From a virus (taxonomy: Duplodnaviria > Heunggongvirae > Uroviricota > Caudoviricetes): a stretch of DNA of 64,000 nucleotides. The notes below the pieces were generated by a model. It ran no database searches and was not told where the DNA came from. It saw nothing but the letters and a program-made list of their open reading frames with translations. The stretch is taken from positions 164,007 through 228,006 of IMG/VR virus record IMGVR_UViG_3300028832_000001; one strand, given 5' to 3'. How positions within the stretch are numbered: position 1 is the stretch's first letter; every line of letters begins with the position of its first letter. Made by a program: the position numbers and the translations under genes. Of this stretch, positions 28,417 through 37,318 are shown one piece after another.

Positions 28417-29532
28417 CTATTTAGAAATTATTTCAATTTCATAGAAATACTTTTGCATGATACCAACCAGTTTTTCATACCAGATTTTACCATCATTAAT
28501 CCATTCTTCGAGATTTGGCATTTCCATGTTAATTAAATCACCAACATTCTTCCATCTCAGACACTTCTTCATTCTGAACATAGTCTTAAGCTGGTTAATA
28601 ATAATTTCATATCTTTCCTTGGTAAGATACTTTGTGATATTTCCACACATATCTTTAAACAAGTCTTCAAGTTCTTTTTGGTGTTCCTTATCAGTACAAG
28701 CATTCATGTATAAAATACCATTTTTGGTAATGAGATGAATGTCACCGATAACATAATAGCTCAGTCCACGCTTCTCTCTGATTTCCTGGCAGAATGGAGA
28801 ATTTAAACCTTCACATAACATCTGCATACCAACTAAAGCTGGGAGATATTCGGTCTTAATAACGGGATGCTTACTGAAAACAAATACATTAACTTTTTCA
28901 GAATCTGTAACTGGGAGAATTTCTTGTTTCCTATCTCTAAACTTAAGGGTTACAGGTTCCGGTAAGGTGTCTAAATATTCAATATTGCTAAAGTCTGTTT
29001 TATCCTTGCCAACTTCAACAATTCTAAGAGGTTTCGTATATTGTTCTTTTGCGACCTGAAGCATGTCTGCATAAGTAAAGGCTTCAATATCTGCTGGAAT
29101 ACCAGTCGGGTCGTGAACATCGAAATAGTTATAAATTAAGTTTGTGTAGTGACCATCATTTGGGTCTTCATAAGAATCGAGAAGTTCTTGCATAACGATT
29201 TTCTTTTCATTTTCAAAATCCTTCTCTGTAATATTTACATAATCGTTTAAAAGTGCTCTGACAAGTTCTTTTTTAAAGTCGGATGGTAATTTATCTTCGA
29301 GTCCTCTAAAATAAACTACAACATAATTTTGTGAAGTGGATGCATTAAAATCAATACAATCATTTGTGAATCTGTCCATATATTTATCAACACTCTTCGT
29401 GATCAAATGTTCCATCAAGTGTGATATTCCCCTACGACCTGGTTTTTCATATGCACAACCCGTAGGGAATACAATATTTAACGATGTTAATCCTAATTTA
29501 TTCTTCTTAAATACATGTCCTGCTTTTATCAT
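28417..29532 (-). CDS. M16 family (insulinase-like) zinc peptidase
   Basis: GISHLMEH HxxEH, FNASTS, F..EK.IVMQE, IREKRGLSY. Confidence 0.85.
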   Translation of the reverse strand: MIKAGHVFKKNKLGLTSLNIVFPTGCAYEKPGRRGISHLMEHLITKSVDKYMDRFTNDCIDFNASTSQNYVVVYFRGLEDKLPSDFKKELVRALLNDYVNITEKDFENEKKIVMQELLDSYEDPNDGHYTNLIYNYFDVHDPTGIPADIEAFTYADMLQVAKEQYTKPLRIVEVGKDKTDFSNIEYLDTLPEPVTLKFRDRKQEILPVTDSEKVNVFVFSKHPVIKTEYLPALVGMQMLCEGLNSPFCQEIREKRGLSYYVIGDIHLITKNGILYMNACTDKEHQKELEDLFKDMCGNITKYLTKERYEIIINQLKTMFRMKKCLRWKNVGDLINMEMPNLEEWINDGKIWYEKLVGIMQKYFYEIEIISK

Positions 29533-29887
29533 TCCTTTCCTTTAATTTATTCTTTAATTCATTCTCGCGGGCAGGATCATAATGTTCACCGAGCAATGAT
29601 TTTCTCAATTCATCGACTGACATATTGTCTGAATCTTTGACTAGACTTCGGAGGAAATCTATATCAAAGTTTATGGCATTACTATAATATGCCATATTTT
29701 TATTATATCCAGGCTTTCCTGGTCCACACTTAAATGCCTCATTTACCCAATAGAACGAAGGTTTCTGATCGTCATAAATCTTAAATAACAGATCGTCAGA
29801 ATAATACCTACGAAGAAACTTATCGTAGGCATCCAGATCTTTCATATGTGCTGGATAATCCTTCTTTAATCTTTCTATAATATACAT
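29507..29887 (-). CDS. hypothetical protein
   Basis: 126-aa ORF. Confidence 0.65.
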   Translation of the reverse strand: MYIIERLKKDYPAHMKDLDAYDKFLRRYYSDDLLFKIYDDQKPSFYWVNEAFKCGPGKPGYNKNMAYYSNAINFDIDFLRSLVKDSDNMSVDELRKSLLGEHYDPARENELKNKLKERNDKSRTCI

Positions 29888-29892
29888 AATAA

Positions 29893-30489
29893 TTAGAAGT
29901 GTGTGATGTGGTCTCTATTGTGATAATCTTTAATTTCCTTGGTCTCGGTATCATATACGAGAAGGTCAAGGTTATAAAATTTAAACCCATTACTATTAAT
30001 TACATCGTATGCACTGATTCCCTTATTACCAGTTAAATAATGATAGATATATCTAGTAACCATACCATGGCTAATGCACACGATATTGTTAACATTCGGG
30101 AATGCATCATGCATGCTATCAAAAAACTTGAAGACTAAATCAATTTGCTTTTCCATATCTTCTGGTTTCAAAGGAACGATATTTTCAAATTCTTCCTTTG
30201 TAATTTCCCAGAACTTCAAGTTATTCAATTCGCTACAATCAAATTCATTCAATTCATTAAGAATCATCATCGGCGGAATCTTAAACAATAATTCTGCCGT
30301 TTGTTGACATCTTTTTGTTGGAGAAGAAATAATAGGAGTATTAATATCAATCTTCGGTAAGTATTGACCAATATCTTCCTGCCAATGTTCTGGCATAGTT
30401 CCAGCAATAGGTTCCTGACTGTAATCCTGAACCATAGCTCCAGTCAAGTTCGGTGCAGTCGGTGCATGTCTCAAAAAATACAATTTCAT
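29893..30489 (-). CDS. histidine phosphatase superfamily protein
   Basis: LYFLRHA (RHG variant), SSPTKRC.QTA, LNE, ISHG. Confidence 0.75.
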   Translation of the reverse strand: MKLYFLRHAPTAPNLTGAMVQDYSQEPIAGTMPEHWQEDIGQYLPKIDINTPIISSPTKRCQQTAELLFKIPPMMILNELNEFDCSELNNLKFWEITKEEFENIVPLKPEDMEKQIDLVFKFFDSMHDAFPNVNNIVCISHGMVTRYIYHYLTGNKGISAYDVINSNGFKFYNLDLLVYDTETKEIKDYHNRDHITHF

Positions 30490-30491
30490 TT

Positions 30492-30860
30492 TTAAGTCCT
30501 GTTAATCTTTTTAATAAAATCGCTTTCACAAGTGCTTAATCTAGGTGCGAAAATAACCTTTAAAATATCTTCCGGCTTTTCGGTTCTATAAATGACTTGA
30601 TCCGTGCACTTGAACGGATTATTATCAACGCCTTCAAAGTAAAGATAGAAACTTTTTTCATCGAAGACGAGCATTGCATCAATATATCCGGTATTTTCAT
30701 CCTGAATATAGAATTTATATCCTAAAACTCCTTCTACTTGTGTTTTACACAAAGCTGTCATCTGAATATCAAGACCTGACTTGAACTGTTCATACATTTC
30801 ATCGCATGTCGCATAAGCGGTCATAATGCAGAAGAGTAATGCAAGAATAATTTTCTTCAT
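30492..30860 (-). CDS. secreted protein
   Basis: Signal peptide MKKIILALLFCIMTAYA. Confidence 0.65.
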   Translation of the reverse strand: MKKIILALLFCIMTAYATCDEMYEQFKSGLDIQMTALCKTQVEGVLGYKFYIQDENTGYIDAMLVFDEKSFYLYFEGVDNNPFKCTDQVIYRTEKPEDILKVIFAPRLSTCESDFIKKINRT

Positions 30861-30868
30861 GGTATTAC

Positions 30869-31099
30869 CTACTTTGTATTGGCAATCATTGTCATGCAAT
30901 TTGCCAGATCCTCGATGTTAGAAATACTATTGGCTATCAATTTATTGTTCTTGGTGTATATGTTAAAAGAGTCGTTTTGTTGTTTAACAATAAATTGACG
31001 ACCAGATTTTGCATTAAATTTGAAATAATCCAAGTGTCTTGCCTTGGTCTCATCCCAAATCCTACGGATTTCAATAATTTCTCTATCCAACATACACAC
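30869..31099 (-). CDS. hypothetical protein
   Basis: 76-aa ORF after promoter. Confidence 0.65.
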   Translation of the reverse strand: MCMLDREIIEIRRIWDETKARHLDYFKFNAKSGRQFIVKQQNDSFNIYTKNNKLIANSISNIEDLANCMTMIANTK

Positions 31100-31111
31100 C
31101 TCTTTTATGTA

Positions 31112-31140
31112 AATATAGCAAAGGTGTAATACATTGTAAA
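31112..31140 (-). promoter_or_regulatory. sigma70-type promoter TTTACA-N17-TATATT
   Basis: Motif and spacing read directly. Confidence 0.8.
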
Positions 31141-31143
31141 CGC

Positions 31144-31890
31144 TTATTTTTTAAATAATTTTAAGAAAATATCAAGTAATGTTTCAAAAAGACCCTTTTC
31201 TACTGGTTTTTCTTGAATTTTTTCTGATTTTTCTTCTTTAATTTCAGGTTTCGATTCTTCTCTAACTTCTGGAACTTTTACTTCGACAATTTCTTCTTTA
31301 ACTTCTTTTGCTTCTTCTATTACTATTTCTTCTATAGGAGAAACTCTAATAATAAAATCTTGCCACTTAGAAATATCATTTGTATCTTCATTCCAACCAA
31401 TAATGCCAGGGCACAACTTCCCATTAATATCATAATGTCTGATAACATGGTCTGGTTTAATATTGTATTCTTCCATTAATTTCTTTGTAAGTTCTACGCA
31501 GTTATTTATTACCGCATCTGTAAAATACCAGTTAGTATCGTTAGGATTTGTAACTTTCTTTGCAGAATTTGTAGAACACATCTCGATACCGATAGAATTA
31601 GCACTTGTGCATACTTTATATAGCGAACCGCCTTTGGTCTTATATTTAGAACCGCCACAATGCCAGCAGTATCTGTTCTTTATATCAGGGTTATACTGGA
31701 CTATGTTTTCGTCGTCAATAATGAAGTCTGCAGAGGCTTTTGTAGTTTCCTTAGCAAAATACTTAGCATTTGATTTCGCAGTCCCTGGCTTGCTTGTAAC
31801 GCCCGCAGTATAGTGTATAACGATATATTTAATCTTTCGATTTTTTGATTCTGTTGTATTGGCTGTATTAGTGCATTCTATGATATTCAT
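31144..31890 (-). CDS. N-acetylmuramoyl-L-alanine amidase (Amidase_2), candidate endolysin
   Basis: IVIHYTA, SADFII, WHCG, NSIGIEMC, VIRHYD..GKLCP; late promoter. Confidence 0.85.
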   Translation of the reverse strand: MNIIECTNTANTTESKNRKIKYIVIHYTAGVTSKPGTAKSNAKYFAKETTKASADFIIDDENIVQYNPDIKNRYCWHCGGSKYKTKGGSLYKVCTSANSIGIEMCSTNSAKKVTNPNDTNWYFTDAVINNCVELTKKLMEEYNIKPDHVIRHYDINGKLCPGIIGWNEDTNDISKWQDFIIRVSPIEEIVIEEAKEVKEEIVEVKVPEVREESKPEIKEEKSEKIQEKPVEKGLFETLLDIFLKLFKK

Positions 31891-31894
31891 ACAT

Positions 31895-31902
31895 TATTTA
31901 TA
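31895..31902 (-). promoter_or_regulatory. T4-like late promoter TATAAATA
   Basis: 4 nt upstream of amidase ATG. Confidence 0.7.
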
Positions 31903-31907
31903 AATAG

Positions 31908-31933
31908 AAAAACCGGAACTAAATTCCGGTTTT
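31908..31933 (-). terminator. intrinsic terminator
   Basis: AAAACCGGAA-loop-TTCCGGTTTT. Confidence 0.8.
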
Positions 31934-31953
31934 CTTTTAATTTAAATTTATTA

Positions 31954-32892
31954 TTATGCTCTTAATTCAGATGCGTTTCGCTTTGTACATGCCAAACCAA
32001 TCATCTTTTTAACAGTTTCTTCACCGTAATGGTCAACATATGCACGAACATGACTTGTAATTGCTGGATATTTACCATACCAAACTGGAATTTCAGTAAA
32101 TGTAACAGTATCACCAAGTTTCATATTTGCAATTTCATCAATATGTTTACCGCCAACGCATAAATCAAATAAACGTCCTAATGCACTTTTAGCACGATCA
32201 TTTGCAGTACCATCTATAAATTTTTTAAGGCAAGCATCAAGCATGGATTCATCTTTACATGCATATGTAAGAGTTACATTACCTGCAGTATAGCCATCAC
32301 CTAGACGTTTTTTTGGCGCAGGTGTTTGTTTATTTTGACTTTGAATATCGTCAAGTTCCTGGTCCATAGCATCCATATAAGCATCTTCGCGAATGAGCTT
32401 AGAACACTTATTTTGGAGTAACTTTTTAGCTTCTGTTAGCTTTGCCTTTGCAGCATTAATTGCACGAGAACCAAGTGCTTTATATAATCCGTCAAAATTC
32501 AAACCATTAAAATCGGCATTTAAGTCAAATGGCTGACCTGGATTATTTTTCTTATATGCTAAAAATTCACTAGTTGCTGCGATAAACATAGCTTTTAATT
32601 CTGTAATATCATTAGGATCTTCGTCTCCAGTTAACCAACCGCAATCATCGATTGCAATTCTAATTATACCAGGTAAAAATCTGTCTTGACCTTTTTCTCT
32701 CCAAAAGAGATGAGAAAATGTAGCACGTGCTTGTTGAATAAGCTCTTCAACAGAAGAACAGCCAGTACGAGTTAATGCATCTGAAGATTTTATCCATTGT
32801 ATTGCTTTTCTAATGCCATCAGAGTTAGCATCTTCTTTAAGAAGTGTATATCCCTTATTTTTAAGTAAGCCTTTAGCTTCTTGTAAATTCAT
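31954..32892 (-). CDS. protein with two copies of the leader motif (putative capsid-internal polyprotein)
   Basis: MNLQEAKGLLKNKGYTLLKE|DA and internal KLTEAKKLLQNKCSKLIRE|DA. Confidence 0.75.
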   Translation of the reverse strand: MNLQEAKGLLKNKGYTLLKEDANSDGIRKAIQWIKSSDALTRTGCSSVEELIQQARATFSHLFWREKGQDRFLPGIIRIAIDDCGWLTGDEDPNDITELKAMFIAATSEFLAYKKNNPGQPFDLNADFNGLNFDGLYKALGSRAINAAKAKLTEAKKLLQNKCSKLIREDAYMDAMDQELDDIQSQNKQTPAPKKRLGDGYTAGNVTLTYACKDESMLDACLKKFIDGTANDRAKSALGRLFDLCVGGKHIDEIANMKLGDTVTFTEIPVWYGKYPAITSHVRAYVDHYGEETVKKMIGLACTKRNASELRA

Positions 32893-32915
32893 TTTTTCTC
32901 CTTGTTATTTTATAT

Positions 32916-32923
32916 TATTTATA
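32916..32923 (-). promoter_or_regulatory. T4-like late promoter TATAAATA(ATATAA)
   Basis: Exact motif directly after terminator. Confidence 0.75.
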
Positions 32924-32925
32924 AG

Positions 32926-32955
32926 AAAAAACCGAACACTTATGTCCGGTTTTTT
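32926..32955 (-). terminator. intrinsic terminator
   Basis: AAAACCG(G/A)ACA stem with A/T runs. Confidence 0.7.
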
Positions 32956-32985
32956 GAATGCATTCACAAGTTCTAAGCTAAAGGA

Positions 32986-33048
32986 TTAGACCTTTCCGCC
33001 CTTTGCCCAAGGTGGTACATTCGCTTTTGTTTCTTTTGATTTTGCCAT
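32986..33048 (-). CDS. 20-aa basic late peptide MAKSKETKANVPPWAKGGKV
   Basis: Own TATAAATA, GGAGG RBS and downstream terminator; below ORF-track cutoff. Confidence 0.65.
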   Translation of the reverse strand: MAKSKETKANVPPWAKGGKV

Positions 33049-33068
33049 TTTTTCCTCCATTATATTAT

Positions 33069-33076
33069 TATTTATA
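33069..33076 (-). promoter_or_regulatory. T4-like late promoter TATAAATA
   Basis: Overlaps stop of 33072 ORF. Confidence 0.65.
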
Positions 33077-34355
33077 AGGCGTCTCTGATTAATTTATTGA
33101 TTTTATCCTTATTGAAATTATGTTTGGTTATTTCAGGGTGTGTCTTAATAACTTGACATAATTTAAGAATTTCGTCGAAATATTTTTGTTGCTTAGCCTT
33201 TGGCAACTTATTAAATTGGTTACTAAAGAGCTTTGTAACAAGATTCTTAGCAATCTTAGATACACTGTTCTTAGAACGCTGGATAGCATCGATATAATCT
33301 GGAAGTTTCTGGTGTAATTTTGCTTCATATTCAAGTTCGTCAGAAGCATAAGCACCTGAAGCCATTACTTGATGAGCATCATAGTCATGTGCATCTTCAG
33401 TTCCATCTAATTGCTTATTATTAGCCTGAATATAGTGAGTTAATTCATGATGAAGAACTTCCTGGAAGAAATCACCAAAATATTCTTCCATAATCTTATC
33501 AACAACCTGCATTGGTGTTTCTGCATCAGCTTCAACTTCTTCTACAGCATCCTTGAACTTGAATGAATCGTCAACATAAGTATAGCTACTATAACCATAA
33601 TTACCACCGTAACCATATCCGCCATAGCCATAACTACCATAATAACCATTGCTGCTGGAACCATATCTATCACGGAAACGAGCATATAATGCATCACGTT
33701 CTGCGGTTCGACCAGTAGTCGGAGTTGCTGTCTTTTTCTTACCCTTGTTCTTTTCAAGGTTAGCTAAAATCCTATCAACTTGTTCTTGACCTTCTGAAGC
33801 TTTTTCTCTAGCTTTTGGGAATGGAATTGTATTGATTTTTCTACTTGTATACTTACCTTCTGTAATTTTCTTAGTTCCTTTTGTAGTAGAACCAGCGGTC
33901 TTAGTTGTAGCAGCAGAAATAACGTTTGGTAAGTTAATCATCAAAATGACTGGATCTGTATCTGGGTTTGTATCACCCATGGCGTTAGCATATAATGCAC
34001 CTTTTCCTCTACCTTTCTGTGCATCATAATCACTACGAATATCTTTTTTATCACCATAGAGTTTAACAGTCAATGCTTTCATTCTGACTGGTTCTGGACG
34101 ATAAGTAACAGGAACCATCAATGCTGGGATTTCGATTGTAATTGTCTTTTCTACATCTTCGCCATCATAAACCTTGTCAAGCATCTGTGTGAGCTTTTGT
34201 CTTAACAATTTCATGATACGTGCTTTATATTTTGTAACAAGTTCCTCTACGTCAAACGTTCTATTTTCTGTGACTAAACGATTTTCAGAAATGATATAAC
34301 CTGACTCTGTAAGAACCTTTAATGCCTTATATATTTCCAGTTCATTGAGCTTCAT
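33072..34355 (-). CDS. leader-family late protein with C-terminal HExxH zinc-metalloprotease-like motif
   Basis: MKLNELEIYKALKVLTESGYIISE; VLHHELTHYIQ...ELEYEA; G/Y/S low-complexity linker. Confidence 0.7.
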   Translation of the reverse strand: MKLNELEIYKALKVLTESGYIISENRLVTENRTFDVEELVTKYKARIMKLLRQKLTQMLDKVYDGEDVEKTITIEIPALMVPVTYRPEPVRMKALTVKLYGDKKDIRSDYDAQKGRGKGALYANAMGDTNPDTDPVILMINLPNVISAATTKTAGSTTKGTKKITEGKYTSRKINTIPFPKAREKASEGQEQVDRILANLEKNKGKKKTATPTTGRTAERDALYARFRDRYGSSSNGYYGSYGYGGYGYGGNYGYSSYTYVDDSFKFKDAVEEVEADAETPMQVVDKIMEEYFGDFFQEVLHHELTHYIQANNKQLDGTEDAHDYDAHQVMASGAYASDELEYEAKLHQKLPDYIDAIQRSKNSVSKIAKNLVTKLFSNQFNKLPKAKQQKYFDEILKLCQVIKTHPEITKHNFNKDKINKLIRDAL

Positions 34356-34377
34356 AAAGTTCCTTTTTATTTTATAT

Positions 34378-34385
34378 TATTTATA
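34378..34385 (-). promoter_or_regulatory. T4-like late promoter TATAAATA(ATATAA)
   Basis: Exact motif directly after terminator. Confidence 0.75.
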
Positions 34386-34387
34386 AC

Positions 34388-34418
34388 AAAAAAGGTAGTC
34401 AAATTAATGACTACCTTT
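34388..34418 (-). terminator. intrinsic terminator
   Basis: AAAGGTAGTCA-loop-TGACTACCTTT. Confidence 0.8.
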
Positions 34419-34441
34419 AAGGTACTATGCGATACAATATA

Positions 34442-35005
34442 TCACACTCTTAGGAACATATCTAAAATTGATTCTGATTTTTTCTGTAATTCTGCATGTA
34501 ATCGTTCGTTTTCTTTTATGACATTCATAATGTCATGAATAATCATATTTTTAGAGAACTTCTGGTCATATTCGTCGCAGTATTCAGTTAACCTGGAAAT
34601 GCTGTCTTCAATACTACAATGAATTTCAGTTTTTTCTGTTTCCAAAGGTTTATCTTTGTCGATTACTTCCTTGATAGCATTGAAATATTTTTCAAACTTA
34701 TCAAACTTAAACCTTACTCTAGTATCACCATCGAACTCATAATATTCAGACATAATGAAGTCTGGAATATCCTTAATTTTCTGTTTTACATACTTATAAA
34801 GACGAATATTACAGTATGTAAAATCATCTTCAGCGGTTCTGAACGTGATCGTTCCAATGACAGCTTCTCGATAAAGAACATGCCAAACCCTATCATTCAT
34901 AATATGGATTGACTGAATATCGATATTCATTCGGTCAAGAAGAACATGTAATAGATAAGATGACTGGTTTAAATAGTCAAATATTTGTTTTTCATCTTGT
35001 CTCAT
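34442..35005 (-). CDS. hypothetical protein
   Basis: 187-aa ORF. Confidence 0.7.
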   Translation of the reverse strand: MRQDEKQIFDYLNQSSYLLHVLLDRMNIDIQSIHIMNDRVWHVLYREAVIGTITFRTAEDDFTYCNIRLYKYVKQKIKDIPDFIMSEYYEFDGDTRVRFKFDKFEKYFNAIKEVIDKDKPLETEKTEIHCSIEDSISRLTEYCDEYDQKFSKNMIIHDIMNVIKENERLHAELQKKSESILDMFLRV

Positions 35006-35009
35006 GGTT

Positions 35010-35192
35010 TTACGAAGGTAAATACGTTAAAAGAGCTACAAAAGCAATATTCAAAATATAAAATTTAGCAAGAGAACCAAAAACATCGCCGACACTCATT
35101 GGTTTGTTCATATCGATAGATGTCGTGGTGACAATAAGAAATACAAGTTCAACTATGAACAGAATTGAACCATAACCAAGAACACTAAGCAT
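35010..35192 (-). CDS. small membrane protein
   Basis: Likely start MLSVLG; two TM segments. Confidence 0.6.
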   Translation of the reverse strand: MLSVLGYGSILFIVELVFLIVTTTSIDMNKPMSVGDVFGSLAKFYILNIAFVALLTYLPS

Positions 35193-35385
35193 GTGCAATC
35201 TCCTCTTTCTTTTTATAAGGGTGAGTTTTATCCTTTTCAATAGAGATAATTGTCGGAATTGAACCATAAGCTTCGCTGATGAATGATTCAAGTTCCTTCT
35301 GGACTTCTTCCTCATTTTCACCATAACGCTTAAAAATCATGGGTTCATTCATAATTGTTACTACACACTTATATCTTTCTTTCAT
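35185..35385 (-). CDS. hypothetical protein
   Basis: 66-aa ORF with AGGAG RBS. Confidence 0.65.
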   Translation of the reverse strand: MKERYKCVVTIMNEPMIFKRYGENEEEVQKELESFISEAYGSIPTIISIEKDKTHPYKKKEEIAHA

Positions 35386-35412
35386 AAAATAAAAACTCCT
35401 TTTTACCTCTAT

Positions 35413-35441
35413 AATATAGCAAAAAGGAGAAGAATTGTAAA
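35413..35441 (-). promoter_or_regulatory. sigma70-type promoter TTTACA-N17-TATATT
   Basis: Motif and spacing read directly. Confidence 0.8.
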
Positions 35442-35469
35442 TAGGTTATTGACTAGTTAATTTATTCAG

Positions 35470-35928
35470 TCACCATTCAACCGATTGACCATCTGGAATG
35501 CTTTTAAATATTGCTTCAGTAAAATTGATAATTAACATAGAACCGTCAATATATCTAAATGCAATATATGTACAACCATCTTTGGTGTCTTCGTCAAATT
35601 CTTGTGCATATAAATCTGTAACACATGGATATGTTCCATGATAGTTTAAAAACTTTTCAAATGATGGACATCCATCTTTATTAACATTTGTAATTAATGC
35701 ACAAAGTTCATCATTTTTGCCTACATATCCAATAGTGCTACAAACAGTAAGTGCATCTGGTGACATAACGACATTCATCAGTTTATCCCAGTTTACATAC
35801 CTGTCAAAAAGCTTTAATATTTCGGCAAATCTTTCATGAGACCATCTACCATAAGTATCTTCTTTCCAGAATTGCCACCATTTCTTTTTAGTATCTGAGA
35901 ATTTAAAATTAACCTGCTTGATTTTCAT
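35470..35928 (-). CDS. hypothetical protein
   Basis: 152-aa ORF. Confidence 0.7.
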   Translation of the reverse strand: MKIKQVNFKFSDTKKKWWQFWKEDTYGRWSHERFAEILKLFDRYVNWDKLMNVVMSPDALTVCSTIGYVGKNDELCALITNVNKDGCPSFEKFLNYHGTYPCVTDLYAQEFDEDTKDGCTYIAFRYIDGSMLIINFTEAIFKSIPDGQSVEW

Positions 35929-36697
35929 TTGTAAAAACCTTTATCTCTGCTTGATTTTCATTTGTAAAAACATCTACCTTATTATATATGTCATACATGC
36001 CGCTCATCTTTCTGGTAATTTCAGAAATTATTTGGCTACATTCTTTATTCTTACGTGCTCGTTCTTCTCTCTTTTCATATTCTTCATTAAAAATATGTGG
36101 AAGTTCAACTTCGCATGCGGGAGTATTATATTCTATCGTTTCAATATTATTTTTCTTTGCATATTCTGCAAATGTAGAAATAATTTTATCTCTATACTTT
36201 TCAGAATCTTTAACTGGATAATAGTCATTAACATATTTTAAATATTCTTCAATTTTACCAGGAACAAGTCTAACATTTTGACATCTTCCCCAACAGGTAG
36301 ATAATGTATAGCCTTGACCAAGTAAACTAAGATATTGACTAATTTCACTATCTACACTCTGAAAATTCTCTAAGTATCTTTCGCAAGTACTTTTTAAATA
36401 TTCAAATAGATAATCACTAGTTTTGTCTTCAATATCAGAAGAAAAGAATTTAAAACCTTTTGAAATTTTATTAGTATATGGACCATCAAAATGGTCATAA
36501 ATCAGGTTTCTATACTTTTCAGGAATTGTTGATTTATAATTACTAAGAACTTTAATATTAAGTCCATCATCATCATATGCCAATTCAAAATTTTTATTAA
36601 ATAATTCCTTAAACTTAGGATCTTTATCGATGCGGATTTTTAATTCAAACATCTTATCATCAACAAGTTTTTTCATTGCTTCTGCGGATATACCCAT
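35909..36697 (-). CDS. hypothetical protein
   Basis: 262-aa ORF; C-terminal VFTNENQA duplicated. Confidence 0.7.
   Translation of the reverse strand: MGISAEAMKKLVDDKMFELKIRIDKDPKFKELFNKNFELAYDDDGLNIKVLSNYKSTIPEKYRNLIYDHFDGPYTNKISKGFKFFSSDIEDKTSDYLFEYLKSTCERYLENFQSVDSEISQYLSLLGQGYTLSTCWGRCQNVRLVPGKIEEYLKYVNDYYPVKDSEKYRDKIISTFAEYAKKNNIETIEYNTPACEVELPHIFNEEYEKREERARKNKECSQIISEITRKMSGMYDIYNKVDVFTNENQAEIKVFTNENQAG
35914..35971. repeat. 25-bp direct repeat, period 33
   Basis: ctgcttgattttcatttgtaaaaac at 35914-35938 and 35947-35971. Confidence 0.85.
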
Positions 36698-36699
36698 TA

Positions 36700-37137
36700 T
36701 TATTCCTCTATAATTTGCTTTTGTATTTCATCATGAATTTTGGTGACTGTATCATCACCCCAAACATTTTTAACACAATTAATATTATACTTAATAGTTT
36801 CGATTGTTTCTTGAATTGCCTTGGTTCTATTTGTCATGTCGAAATAAATATCTGAATAACAACATGAATCATCATAGCTATACCAAGAATTAATAAAATA
36901 AACTTCCTCGTCTATTAAATCACCAACTTCATCCTGAATTTTTTTACCAATATAATCTGGTTTAAATTCATTTACATTATCTGCATACTTAGAACAATCA
37001 TCTGCTTCTAAAACACATTCACTAATGAATTCTAAGAATTCTTTTATATAACCATTATGATAAGTTACAAAAAATTGTTGTGGATCTTTTTCATCTAACC
37101 GTTTATAATTAAATAATGTCTTATATGTCTCGGTCAT
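36700..37137 (-). CDS. hypothetical protein
   Basis: 145-aa ORF. Confidence 0.7.
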   Translation of the reverse strand: MTETYKTLFNYKRLDEKDPQQFFVTYHNGYIKEFLEFISECVLEADDCSKYADNVNEFKPDYIGKKIQDEVGDLIDEEVYFINSWYSYDDSCCYSDIYFDMTNRTKAIQETIETIKYNINCVKNVWGDDTVTKIHDEIQKQIIEE

Positions 37138-37318
37138 TTTTATATTCCTTAATTAATCCATTAACTGCTTCAATAATATAAAGAACTGTAAATGTCACAG
37201 TAATTACAGCAGTTAACCATAACGGCATTGTCTTTTCTATAGTAATAAATGCTACAGAACAAGCTAACATAATAATTATTTCTGCAATAAAATATTTCCA
37301 AAAGTAGCTACTAAACAT
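37121..37318 (-). CDS. small membrane protein
   Basis: Two TM segments. Confidence 0.6.
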   Translation of the reverse strand: MFSSYFWKYFIAEIIIMLACSVAFITIEKTMPLWLTAVITVTFTVLYIIEAVNGLIKEYKNDRDI

